A stretch of 64,000 bases of DNA from Mobula hypostoma (Eukaryota). Positions 34,296-45,809 of the stretch are shown piece after piece; position 1 is the first letter of the stretch, and the number at the start of each line of letters is the position of its first letter. A model generated the notes under the pieces. The model saw nothing but the letters and a program-made list of their open reading frames with translations. It was not told where the DNA came from and searched no databases. The translations under genes and the position numbers were made by a program. Where the stretch lies: positions 23,562,001-23,626,000 of the forward strand of contig NC_086109.1 of NCBI RefSeq assembly GCF_963921235.1, given 5' to 3'.

Positions 34296-35688
34296 TTCAA
34301 AGGTTCATTTTTTATCAAAGAGTGTACACAGTATACATCTCTGAGATTCTCCTTCTCCGGATAGCCATGAAACAAAAGAAAGATGATAGAACTCATTTCA
34401 GAGAGAGACAGCAAACCCACTCCCCACACAAAAAAAGAACATCAACAACCCCCCCAAACCTATCTCCCCAACATGAAATAAATGCCCCTCTCCCCAAACA
34501 AAAAACTAACAAAAATGCAATGAGGACATTAACCCCCAGACCCCCTTCCCACATACAATATGTCACAAGAACATTGATCCCCAAATCTCCCTCCCCTGCA
34601 CAAAATAAAACGAGGAAGAATGGGCGAAAAACACAGAATATAAAAACCATGACTGAAAAAAGTCCATTGTCCGTAGTCCAAATCCAGAAATGCAAAAACC
34701 TCAGTAACATCCTCCAATATCTTTAAAAGAGAGACATTGAGGCCTACCCTCCCAGCACAACGGCAGCTGAAGTTCCCCAACCATATCGCAGCCACCACCC
34801 TGCGACCAGACATTGTCCTAGTGTCTGAGTCTACTAAGCAAGTGGTGCTGCTGGAGATGACAGTCCCATGGGAAGATAGCTTGGAAGAGGCCTTTGAAAG
34901 GAAGCTCTCTAAGTACGCAGGACAGGTCAGCAACTGTCAGCAGGTTGGATGGAGAGCGAGGTGTCTCCCAGTGGAGGTTGGTTGTAGGGGATTTGCAGCC
35001 CATTCCTTAGTTAGAGCCTTCAGCAATTTGGGCATCGAGGGATAGAGGAAGAGGAGAGCCATCCACAGTACGACCGATGCGGCAGAGAGGTCCTCAAGAT
35101 GGCTGTGGCTGAAAATAGGGGAGCCATAGAGTCATAAGTAGCTAGCCATTTCGACACAAGCTGGGGTCTGATCAGCCCCGGCTGGGTCACCTGGAGGAGG
35201 GTGTATGATGTTGAAAGACCTGAAACACCCGATGATTCCAGGAACATCACTGAAGATGTGTCCAGAAGCATCAGCAGATGTATGTACACAGCAGACTCCC
35301 TCTTCAGCAGCAGAGGATCCCACCAGTGATCGTAAGACAAGCAGATGGCACTTGACCTCGACATTCAGTTCAATGTTTCAATCTTCCTCGTTACTTTAAC
35401 AATGGAAGCTATAATCGGCAAAATGGAATCAAACATCAGCTTGCACTCCGCTTCATAGTTTCTTCACCTTGAGGCTTGTGCTCACTGCTTCCCGGAATCT
35501 TCTCGGAGACAGCAAAGCGCTGGATCACTCTATCAATCTCCAAGTTGTAAATCGCAAGCTCTAACAGTTCCAGAAACACATTCAAGTTGGAAAACAGACA
35601 TAAAAGAAGTGAAATAAATAGTTTTGTGGTCTATCCAGAAGATGTTGACCGAGGGAGCGTTTTACGCGGGTGCCACCTTGACCAGAAG
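34296..35688 (-). mobile_element. Non-autonomous LINE derivative, split by the HERO-like insertion
   Basis: 5' end cttctggtcaaggtggcacc (AAGATGGCG-like), Rex/L2-type tail near 34296, no ORF. Confidence 0.6.
34737..35283 (+). mobile_element. HERO-like non-LTR retrotransposon 3' end (restriction-like endonuclease domain + 3' UTR)
   Basis: ORF 34737-35045 LRPDIVLVSESTKQVVLLEMTVPWE...AFERKLSKY...PVEVGCRGF is the PD-(D/E)xK-type RLE of R2/NeSL/HERO-group LINEs. Confidence 0.9.
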
Positions 35689-35689
35689 C

Positions 35690-36110
35690 CTAATATTCAG
35701 TGTGCTTAATAACTTGGATTGAATTTGCCTTTCAAGTAGACCCAGAACATACCAGCCAAGTATTGTCAGGTCTACCAAAATGTCAGAGATGCAGTGTTGA
35801 GATAGGTCTGCCAACAAGATAATATACTCATTGACAGTCTCATCGACCATCAGATTCCAGTTTATGTCTCTCCAGTACTCCGACTCTTATAGATTGAAAC
35901 CATCCAGTAGCTTTTATATTATGATACCTAAGGAAACACCATTTGTTTTCAATGGCATTAAAAGATTTTCAATTTTTTTTGCATTTTGAAAACCATTTCC
36001 GGTGCTCCTGTACATAGTACTGGCACATTCTTGTCATTGCTATTATCTTTTGTTATGCTATTTTCTCTAAATGAAATGCCCATGTAATAACTACTTTATG
36101 CACAAACTGC
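35690..36110 (-). mobile_element. Ancient Gypsy: gag (capsid-like) remnant
   Basis: ORF 35662-35850 ETVNEYIILLADLSQHC...VLGLLERQIQSKLLS, cf. ESV.EY...L..LS.HC.F...RD..V.G.....IQ.KLL. Confidence 0.7.
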
Positions 36111-36284
36111 AAAGCTCGTGCACCTAGCTGTACTCACCCTGGTTTATGATGCCTGAGCCTGAACTACTACTTTGTTCTTTTCTTCTGATGTCATTCGAGA
36201 TGTTGTCACACCAGAAGGTAAAGTGTTTTCCTGGCCTTTCTCCTACATGTTTTGTTCATTGGTCACATCCTCTTGAACTTCATT

Positions 36285-36525
36285 TTATTTTATTTGGAGA
36301 TACAGCGTGTTAATGGGCCTTTCCGGACTAACGTCCCCACACCATTCAATTACACCCAATTAACCTACGAACCCATACATCTTTGGAAGGTGGGAGGAAG
36401 CCAGGGCATCCAGAGGAAGGCCGTGAGGTCACGGGCAGAACGTACGAACTCTTTACAGACAATGGCGGAACTCAAAGCAGGTTGCTGATCCTGCAATAGT
36501 ATTACGCTACCATTCTGTCCCATAC
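36285..36525 (-). mobile_element. V-SINE-type SINE with CR1-like tail
   Basis: tctttggaaggtgggaggaagccagggcatccagaggaa...cgtacgaactctttacagac core. Confidence 0.75.
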
Positions 36526-36799
36526 CATACCGACTTTTCCAGAGTTCTTGCTTTGTTATTCTGGTTAACATACAGCTGAAGGCACTTTGCTGAGCACATC
36601 GTGTCAGCTCTGCTCTTCCTGCAAGAGATGTACTATTCCTCCTTAGAAGTTTTACTTCGGCAGTTTTACTCTGCGGAAGTTTTGCTGTTGGCAGTACTAT
36701 TCCTCCTCTAGAGCATGCCCATGAATTTTTCAAGCCCCTCTGTTTCTCGGGGGTCTCTCCTACTTTCTCCATACCTACTTCTGCAGATCATCCACATTA

Positions 36800-38150
36800 G
36801 CTTTAGTGTGCTCTGCAATTCTGCTTGACACAAGGCCGGGGCATTTTCCTGCTTCACACAAGATCCATATGTTACATCCTAATTAGCAATTAGCAATGGA
36901 TTTGTGCATGCAGATGTTACTTGTTCTAACTGTTGGGATTGCAGGTAATATTAAGAATCATGGTGAGAGACAGCGAGCTGCTGGAAGTGTGTGCATCTTT
37001 GTTGGTTCAACTGTGCATACAGTATGTGTCTCTGACATGAATACGTGCCATGCATTAACAGGGCACCATGTGTGGTTCAGCTGGGATCGCTTTCTTCATA
37101 ACAAAGGAGATTAAGCAGAAATTTAACAGTGGCGTACAAAATTATGAGGGACATAGCTGAGTGAAAACAAAACAATGATTTTCTTTGAGAGAGAGGGTGA
37201 TGTATAGTTGGTAGAAGGATCCGAAGTAAATTGAAGGAGGCAACTTTCACCTAGTGTCATGATGGTCTGCAACTGAGTGTGTGAAAGGTTATTGGACACA
37301 GTTACCCTTGCTATCCAGTTGAGACTATGGTATTGAAAAAAACTTTTTAATCTTTGATTTGTGAATAGTCTAAAACTAATTATAAGGCCAAGTGTAAACC
37401 TTGGCTAAGTAACTTAAGGGTTATGTAACTAAGATGTAAGATTTGCCATCTCTGCCAACCTTGATAGGTTTTGTGGTTACCTAACAAAATGTTGTAGAGC
37501 TGAGGCAAAGCAAAGCTACCTGTCTGTTAGTCTTTTTATGCAGTAGTCGTTAATGTAATCAACTGACTGTTGGTTAATTAAGAAGACTGCAGCCAGAGAT
37601 GAACCAGACTAAAACTGTGTGGCCATTAAGTTGGTGGGAACAAGTGCGTATGAGTGATTGTTCATAAGATTAGAAGTTTACGGAATGAATGGGATGCAAC
37701 ATAGTTACTATGTTTTGGGAAACCAGAAACAATTGAACAAGGATTTGAGACTACAGAATAAATAATAGTGAGTTGTTGCATGAATTCCACATAGTAACCA
37801 AGAGGGTATTTAAATGAGGAATTGGGACATCTTCATACATCTCTGAGAATACAGGTGGCGGATAAGGGAACACAACAAGAAAGAATCAAAGTGATATCTC
37901 TGGACTGTTTAGGAGCAACAACATGGGTGTTTGTTGAGCCTTGATGATAGTCCAGTGCCATTGCTAGGTATTTTCTTTAAATATCTTTGCGGAGCTTAAT
38001 AAATTTTAAATAAATGAAAACTCTGAGTTAACAATACAGACAAAGGAATGAGAAACAGAAAAATTAAATTAGGTTTAGGTTAGTGAAAGACAAAGAGAAC
38101 ATTTGCGATGGGGTGAGGCCTGAATTACCATGGAGGTAAGTTTCAGAGTC
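36800..38150 (+). mobile_element. Very decayed CR1 fragments
   Basis: Traces such as ggagattaagcagaaatttaacagtggcgtacaaaattatgagggac and ttgttcataagattagaagtttacggaatg. Confidence 0.4.
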
Positions 38151-38279
38151 CTCAGGTCAATAAATTAATGGAACAAGAAGCATAAAACATTAAGAAATGC
38201 AGGGCCTACTAGGGCAGGCTGTGCTGGAGAGAGGAAAATGGATCTAAAGTTAGAAATGGACAGTTCTGATTCAGACAGA

Positions 38280-39110
38280 GGAATCAAGCCATCTGAATCA
38301 TTTGATATTGAGCTCAAAATGCTGTAGCATTCCTGGATGGGAGATGAGGTATTGTTTCTCGGGCTTGCATTGGGCCTCGTTGTAGCAGAGCAGGTGGCAT
38401 AGACTGATTGGTCAGAATGGGAGTGTGTTAGAGAACTAAGTGGCAGCAATAAGAAACTCCAGGACAACCCACAGACTGAACTCAGATGCTTTGCAAAAAG
38501 CGGTCATGCAATCTGACTTCTGTTTCTCAAGATCAGCAGAGATTAATGAGAATCAGTGCTTCACCTAGGGTGAAGGGTTTGGATTCCTGGATGGTAAGGA
38601 GTGATGAGATGGAATGACAGGGGTTTCACAAGTCTCAGGTAGCATGGGAAAGGTTGGTGGGAATGGATGAATGGACCAGGGAATCAAGAATGGAGCAGTC
38701 CCTTTGAAATGCTGAGAGAGGAGGGATAAGGAAGATGTAGCTGGTGATGGAATCTCTTGGAGCTGGTGGAAATTCTGAATGATGGTCTGTTGAATATGGA
38801 GGTTGATGAGGGTGCAGGTATGGGCCAAGGGGACTCTGTTCTTGCTCTGCCCAGGAGGAGAGGTGGTGAGAGAAGAGATGTGGAAAATAGTTGAGATGTG
38901 GTCAAGTGCTTGTTCACCATGGTGGAGGAGAAATCATGATCAGGAACAAGAAAAACACTTCTGAGGTATTTGGGTGAAAAGTCTTGTCACCATGTCAAAT
39001 GGACAGAGATGGAGAAAATGGAGCAACACAACAGAGTCTTCACAGAAGGATAGGTGGGAGGAAGTGTAGTTAAGATAGCTGTAGCAACCTGTAGGCTTAT
39101 GATGAATGGG
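38280..39110 (-). mobile_element. Penelope-like element remnant (RT C-terminus / GIY-YIG region)
   Basis: Reverse strand THSHSDQSV...NEAQCKPEKQYLIS and IQQTIIQNFHQLQ match the PLE ORF; cf. 18891. Confidence 0.75.
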
Positions 39111-39114
39111 GAGA

Positions 39115-39445
39115 GGGATAGCACGGTAGTGTGGCAGTTAGTGTAATGCTTTACAGCACCAGCGTTCATGATTTGGGTTCATTTTCCACCAACATCAGTA
39201 AGAAGTCTGTACATCCTTCCTCTGACCACGTAGATTTCTTCCAGATGCTCTGGTTTCCTCCGAAATTCTAAAGATGTGCAGGTTAGGGTTAGTAATTTCT
39301 GGGCTTGATATGTTGGTACAAGAAGCAGTGTGTCAGTTGTCAGCTGCCCCCAGTATATCCTCAGACTGCACTGGTTGTCACAAAACATTGCATTTCACTA
39401 TATGTTTCGATGTACCATGCGACAAATGAAACTGATCTAATGTTT
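39115..39445 (+). mobile_element. Full-length V-SINE-type SINE
   Basis: tRNA-like head (A box ggtagtgtggcagttag, B box gggttcattttcc), V-like core and shared tail. Confidence 0.85.
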
Positions 39446-39600
39446 GTGTAATCCAGATCCTGAAATGAAGACAGAGAGATCCGAAAAGGGAAGAGCCGGG
39501 GATGAGACAATGTGATCAAGAATTGATTAAACTTATGATTTTTGATCACCTGTGACAGCATTGAATTTGGTGAAGAATAAAGTGGAGCTGGGGACCATAG

Positions 39601-39712
39601 CAGCTTTGAGATGAAATGGGTCAGTTCCATTGCAGAGAGGTCACGTGCATGTATTGCAGCTTTGAGACGGAATGGGTCAGTTCCATTGCAGAGAGGTCAC
39701 GTGCATGTATTG
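39601..39712. repeat. Direct tandem duplication, 2 x 56 bp
   Basis: 39601-39656 and 39657-39712 differ at two positions. Confidence 0.95.
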
Positions 39713-39819
39713 CTAATTTACGGCATTAAACATGCATCTCAGGATATAAAGACAACATTTTATTTAGAAAGGTTGAACAAACTAATGATCTGGGTAGGTT
39801 CAAATTGTGAAGGATACAT

Positions 39820-40000
39820 ACCTATTTCTAATTTGATCTAACTATCACCTGTCAGCTCCAAATTCGCACACCTTTATCTTGGCCATCCCCCTGCTTTCTT
39901 TCCAGTCTTGATGAAGGGTCTCAATCCGAAACATTGACTGTCTATTTCCCTTCATAGATACTGCCTGACCTGCTGAGTCCCTCCAGAACTTTGTATGTTA
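39820..40000 (+). mobile_element. Penelope terminal repeat with hammerhead relic
   Basis: cagtcttgatgaagggtctcaatccgaaacattgactg at 39903-39940. Confidence 0.8.
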
Positions 40001-41884
40001 GTCCTGGAAAGAGAAATAAAGGGTTAGAATCAAGTTTGTCTCAAGAGTTGATTTTAGAGCCCCCAATTCAAGTGATTTTTAAGTGTTTTCCCCTCCACAT
40101 TCTCCCTTATCCATTGAGGAATCCCATCTAGGGCAAGGAAAGATTCATTTGTACTAAACTACTCCTCCAAGTGCTTTATGATGAGAATGTGAAGAGGTAT
40201 CGTGTGTACTGGATAACAAGATAATTGAGAAAAGCTGAAGCATGTGGGCAAAGGAAGAGGAAAGGAGGGTGCAGTAAGTAAAACCAACTTGGAGAGTAAA
40301 CTATGTTTTTTTCTTTCTTTTAAAGTAGGAGGTGATAGAATCATCAATGTTGGGTTTGAGGTCCCCTTTTCCTTTTCTGTAAACATCACTCACACAAATC
40401 TTTCAGTCTAGTCTCACTGATTGGAAACAGAGTTCTATTCCCCTGTGCGAAGTCTGGAGCTGGTAGCTGCAAGGTTCAATTGCACAATGAAAACAGTGCA
40501 CGCTGACTAAAGACTGAGAGGTCTCACATTGTAACAGGGAAATATCCTTAGGATGCTTTCTGCTACTGAAAGCAAAATCTCTGTGTTATGCTTTTCAGCT
40601 CTGTGGGTGATGGGAGCGCATATTTTGCCGGTGATTTGCCAGACTCCATGAGCAGAGCCTGGCAGAGTTGGGAATTATATTTGTTTAGATTCCAGGAGGA
40701 AGCAGATGTGTGTGGTTTGCAACAGGAAAAATGGTTTTATCACTACATCAGTCATAACATTTGGCAAATGTCATTGAATGAATGCACACATCTGGTCCTT
40801 ATGCTAAATTCATTAGAGACAGCCTGGATACCTCCTCTTGCAGCGCGGAGTCTCCAAAGTAGAAATTACCGGTGCTAGGATAAAAGAGGTACTTTTTGGA
40901 TGAAGGGCAAACTGGAGATGGCTACAAGCTATTGATGAAGCAACTGATCAGAAATGAAATACCTACAAGGTATTGATTTAATAATCGGATCCGAATGCCT
41001 TCAAAGCCCCAACTTCTGCACAAGTCATCAAATGATTTCAAGATAAGGAATCTAACTAGATTTCAAGGAGGGAGTGGAGGTGTGCCTGACAACAACTGAT
41101 ATTCAGTGTTATTGGCTGTGTACCAGAGAATGTTGAGGTGAGATGGACCAGTGGGTCATCGGTCTGAGACTGCCACTAGGCTAAGGAAATGCACAATTGT
41201 GCATGCATTGGTATCACTTTGAGACTTGGCTAGTTTTATGAAAGAGGTCAACTGAGGTCTTTTAATGGTGTAACTGTTCCAAGCTGAGTGTTACTGAAGT
41301 TTACAGAATTTAGTGTTCCCTTTTCTCACCTTCCCTTCAATTCATCTTCTTTTTCTAAATGCTTTTATTGACTACATAGAGGTTTGGGACACTCACTTAC
41401 ATTGCAACAGAAAATCCTTTGTCTTGTAGCATCTGAGTAACAAGTATTGAAGATGCACTCAAATAACAGTACTGGAGGCATTATGAAGTACATAACATGT
41501 TTTACACATCGAACTTCTTGAAATTCATTTATTACCATTACTGAGCAAGCATCCACATAACAAACATTGGGTCTGTGTGCCAGAATGGTCCTTAGTGACT
41601 CACTGTTTCAAAATAAATTGGGTATCAAGATTTTTGTTCCATTTTTACTTCCGACTTTTACTGGCTGGAGTTCATGGTGTGCTGTGGGAATTTTGGATAG
41701 TAGGTATGACAGAAATGGGAATGAAAGGCACAGGAGTCAACTATAAGCCTTTTGAGCTTTGTCCAGCTGATTTTGTAATTCAAGTCTTTTTGGTCCTTCT
41801 GCCATCATGTTGCTCACTTACTTATCCCTTTGCAGATTCCCTGAGATCTTCCTTCAACTTACTTTCCCACCATATTTCAGTCGG

Positions 41885-43200
41885 TAAATGTGGTTGCATC
41901 ATGGCTTGCTATGGACACAGCCACGCCCAAGAATGGCAAAGCCTGTAGAAAGTGACGGATGCAGTCCGGACCACCACAGACAAAGCTCACCCACCACTGA
42001 ATACATTTACAAGGAATGCTACCACAAGAGAGTAGTATCCATCATCAAGGACCCCCACCATCCAGGCCATGCTTTCTTCTCACTGCTGCCACTGGGATGG
42101 AGGTATAGGAGCCTTAGGTCGCACGCTACTATGTTCAGGAGCAGTTAATACTTTATACTTTATTGTCGCCAAACAATTGGTACTAGAACGTACAATCATC
42201 ACAGAGATATTTGGTTCTGCGCTTCCCACTCCCTGGATTACAAATATTAAATATTTAAAATATTAAAAATAGTTAAAATTAGTGAATATTAAAAATTTAA
42301 ATTATAAATCATACATAGAAAATAGAAAAATGGAAAGTAAGGTAGTGCAAAAAAACCGAGAGACAGGTCCAGATATTTGGAGGGTACGGCCCAGATCTGG
42401 GTCAGGATCCGTTCAGTAGTCTTATCACAATTGGAAAGAAGCTGTTCCCAAATCTGGCCGTATGAGTCTTCAAGCTCCTGAGCCTTCTCCCGGAGGGAAG
42501 AGGGACGAAAAGTGTGTTGGCTGGGTGGGTCATGTCCTTGATTATCCTGGCAGCACTGCTCCGACGGCGTGTGGTGTAAAGTGAGTCCACGGACGGAAGA
42601 TTGGTTTGTGTGATGTGCTGCGCCGTGTTCATGATCTTCTACAGCTTCTTTCGGTCTTGGACAGGACAACTTCCATACCAGGTTGCGATGCACCCTAGAA
42701 GAATGTTTTCTACAGTGCATCTATAAAAATTAGTGAGGGTTTTAGGGGGACAGGCCAAATTTCTTTAGTTTTCTCAGGAAGTAAAGGCGCTGTTGGGACT
42801 TCTTGGCAGTGAACTCTGCTTGGTTGGACCAAGTCAGGTCATTTGTGATATTGACCCCAAGGAACTTAAAGCTTTTGACCTGTTCCACTTGTGCACCTTA
42901 ATACCCTTCAACCAGCAGGCCCCTGACCAGCGTGGAAAACTTCACTGACCTGAACTCTGAATTGGTTCCACCAGGTGGATTCACTTTCAAGGAAGCTAGA
43001 ATTAATGTTCACAATATTATTTATTTATGTTTTATTTGCATACTTTGTCTTATTTTGCATATTTGTTGTCTGTTAGTCTTTGTGTGTAGTTTTTCATTGA
43101 TTCTATAATATTTGTGCTACTGTGAATGCCTACAAGAAAATGAATCTCAAGGTAGTATATGTTGACAAATGCATACTTTGATCATAAATTTAACTTTGGA
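41885..43200 (+). mobile_element. Older Rex-like LINE 3' fragment, split by a younger insertion
   Basis: ORF 41888 SIIKDPHHPGHAFFSLLP.G..YRSL; resumes at 42898 and ends in the shared tail. Confidence 0.85.
42152..42897 (-). mobile_element. Younger Rex-like LINE 3' fragment with 7-bp TSD TTAATAC
   Basis: ORF 42402-42632 (IIKDMTHPANTLF..LPSGRRLRS...FGNSFFP..IRLLN). TTAATAC at 42145-42151 and 42898-42904. Confidence 0.9.
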
Positions 43201-43904
43201 TATTTTACAAATACATACAAGGAGAAAATGCTGGAAGTAATCAGTCAGGTAGTATCTGTGGAGAAAGAAATAGAACTAAATATTCAACCCTATGGAAGTT
43301 CATCAGAATCGAGCAATTTCTGTTTTTATTTCAGATTTCTCCAAACTGCCACATTTTACTTTTGGATATATTACATTTTGTCACCTCATTTACATCAACA
43401 AAATGGATTCTAACTAGATTATGCCTCAACTCTGATCTCTGAGCTATACCAATAATAATTGCTATCCAGGAAAAACTCCATTTATCTCACTTCTTCGCTT
43501 TCATAGGCTAATAAGAGATAAGCAGTAAATGCCAGTAGCACCCACATCCTGTCAAATTAATTAAACATCAAAAGTCCTCTTTTCATGATGGGGGGGGGAC
43601 TGATTTTGAAGAAGACTTTGAAGCAGAATGAGCAGAAAGTTTAAGATGTGTGTTCCAGAGTTTGAGGATCGAACCGTCCATAGAATTAATCTGCCTCAAA
43701 CTGTGCACGGACAGTATTCTAAATCTGAAAAGGACAAGTCTGGGATTAGGGGCCGGGGAAGAATCACTTTTGGAACAAGCTTACGCTGTAAAGTAAGCTA
43801 GGCGTTTGCCTCATACTTTGATAATAAATGTACTTTGAAGTTAGACTACAATGTCCTAGTCTGGAATCTGTTGACTTGGAACACACCTGACCAGGAGAGA
43901 GATA

Positions 43905-44230
43905 AGCATTAGGTTTATTTGTCACATGTACTTTGAAGCATCAAACACACAGTGACGCACATTGTTTTGTGTCAACTCCCAACATAGTCTGAAGATTGTG
44001 CTGGGGGCAGCCTGCAAGTATTGCCACATTTCAGGCACCAAGATAGCATACTCACAACTCAATAACCCTAGCCTTAAACGAATATCTCTGAGATGTGCGA
44101 GGAAACCAGAGCAACTGGAGAAAACCCATGTGGTCACAGGGAGAATGTACAAACTCCTTACAGGCAGCAGTGAGAATCGAACTCCAATTGGAGATCACTG
44201 CCGATTGTGCTAACAGTACTGCCCCAAAAG
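43905..44230 (-). mobile_element. V-SINE-type SINE
   Basis: Reverse complement of the family seen at 39115-39445. Confidence 0.85.
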
Positions 44231-44233
44231 TAT

Positions 44234-44305
44234 CTCCCCATTGGGGAATTGAACCCCAGTCTCCAGCATGAGCAGAGAGGATACTGACCACCATACTCCT
44301 AAGGA
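44234..44305 (-). pseudogene. tRNA-Asp-derived pseudogene
   Basis: 72-nt reverse complement TCCTTAGGAGTATGGTGGTCAGTATCCTCTCTGCTCATGCTGGAGACTGGGGTTCAATTCCCCAATGGGGAG aligns ungapped to vertebrate tRNA-Asp(GTC) recalled from memory. The anticodon arm is damaged and no CpG remains. Confidence 0.85.
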
Positions 44306-44344
44306 GCTCCAACTGTTCCCAACTGTTCCCTTATCTCAGTGTGG

Positions 44345-44982
44345 TAGTCAAATGTTCTAATATTGGTATTTATAAGTAGGTACTGTGCACAATCCTGATT
44401 TGATGGAGACAGATGTGAGAAGCTCGGAGGAACATCTGGAGAAACTTCTGAAATGCCTGCTTCGCTGCCGTTACTACCGTGCGATCGAGAATCTCTGGAG
44501 GGGAAGGGCCCAAATCCTCGGCTTTGCCTATTGCCTGTTGCCGGGGCTGGGGTCGAAGCGCTCAGCAGAGATGGTGCTCGGTGCTCGGTGTCGGAGGCTC
44601 GAAGTTTTCGGATGTACTCAAGTGTCGGCTGTGGTTGGGTGCTTCCAGGGTGCTGCATTGGCAAGTTTGCGGTGCTGGAGTTTCATGGCAGCAAGAGAGT
44701 TTCTCCCTTCTACCAGCTGTGTGAGATGATGGGACTTTCGAGAGTCTTTGAGACTTTTTTTTTAATGTACCCATGGTCTGTTCTTTATCAAATTTTGGTA
44801 TTGCTTTACACTGTTGTAACTATATGTTATAATTATGTGTTTTTTGTCAGTTTTTTTAGTCTTGGTTTGTCTTGAGTTTCTGTGATATCATATTGGAGGA
44901 ACATTGTATCATTTCTTAATGCATGCATTACTAAATGACAATAAAAGAGGTCTGCGTGTCCTCATAATCTAATCTAATCTAA
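44345..44982 (+). mobile_element. Young non-autonomous LINE derivative with (TAATC)n tail, copy 1
   Basis: Closely similar to the reverse complement of 54880-55490; CpG-rich. Confidence 0.85.
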
Positions 44983-45446
44983 TTGATGTACTTGGCCTTG
45001 GTGGTGATGGGGACAAATTGCAATACTTCTGTCAGCCATCTTATTGTTTACTGTGTGGATTTATCTTGAAGTTTCATTGCCCATTTGAGGGTGCTGTAGG
45101 GAGAATTAACACTGTCCAATGTGGAGTGGATCAGAAAAATAACCATACTATGGAAATAATGTATTTGGATTCCTTTGCAGTGGGACATTATGAATGGAAC
45201 TAATCTCATAGCAAGTCCAACACCAATCTGTTGACCTAAGGCAGGTCTGCAGCAACATGCAGGCAGCTGGTATCAATTCCAGTTAATAGATGCTGTGTTT
45301 TTGCTTTAGATCCAAATTCATGAAAGAAGTAATATTCCCAAGCTTTACTTTTGCCAGAGAATGTTTTCTTAATCAATTTTCATAGCAGTAATTTTTGAAG
45401 AAAACATTCTGGACTGAAACCAATAAAAACAAACCTACCTTTGATA

Positions 45447-45462
45447 CCATCAGATGGCGGCA
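45447..45462 (+). promoter_or_regulatory. Candidate CTCF-binding motif
   Basis: CCATCAGATGGCGGCA, one mismatch to the CCASYAGRKGGCR core, in non-repeat sequence. Confidence 0.4.
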
Positions 45463-45809
45463 CTTTTTACTGTTTCAAAACATATAAGCATATGGGGCTT
45501 CCTCAATAACTGCTTCGGCTGGGGTGGAGAAAGTAGATTACACAGAACCATGAACTCTTACTGCATAGATGTAGTCCCATTTATATTGCTCCTTCCACAT
45601 AGCTCTGTTGTTTCTTCCCTTTTACAGTCTATACATTTCCCTTTTGAAAGTTTCAATTGAATCTGCTTCCATCGCTCTTTCAGACAGCAATTTCGAGACG
45701 ATAGCAACTCAGGAGGTGAAGGAAAACAATTCCGATCATGTTGTCTTGGATTGTAGGCAGGCAAATTCCTCACAGGATCTTGCATTTTACAAGCTTCAGT
45801 GAATGAATG

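Noticed and set aside
35168..35175. CTGATCAG as a second hammerhead core
   Set aside because: CUGAUCA lacks G8, so there is no C3-G8 pair, and it sits in a hairpin loop. It is more likely a palindromic loop.
36195..36215. Primer-binding site and 5' LTR of the fossil Gypsy
   Set aside because: TGGTGTGAC on the minus strand is suggestive but too short, and no matching LTR pair could be identified.
44234..44305. Functional tRNA gene
   Set aside because: The acceptor and anticodon stems are disrupted and CpGs have decayed, so it is called a pseudogene.
44385..44729. 114-aa ORF with a paralogue at 55123-55479, suggesting a duplicated gene
   Set aside because: Both lie in copies of one non-autonomous repeat with a microsatellite tail. 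ORFs are open in several frames on both strands because of GC content, and no domain is recognisable.
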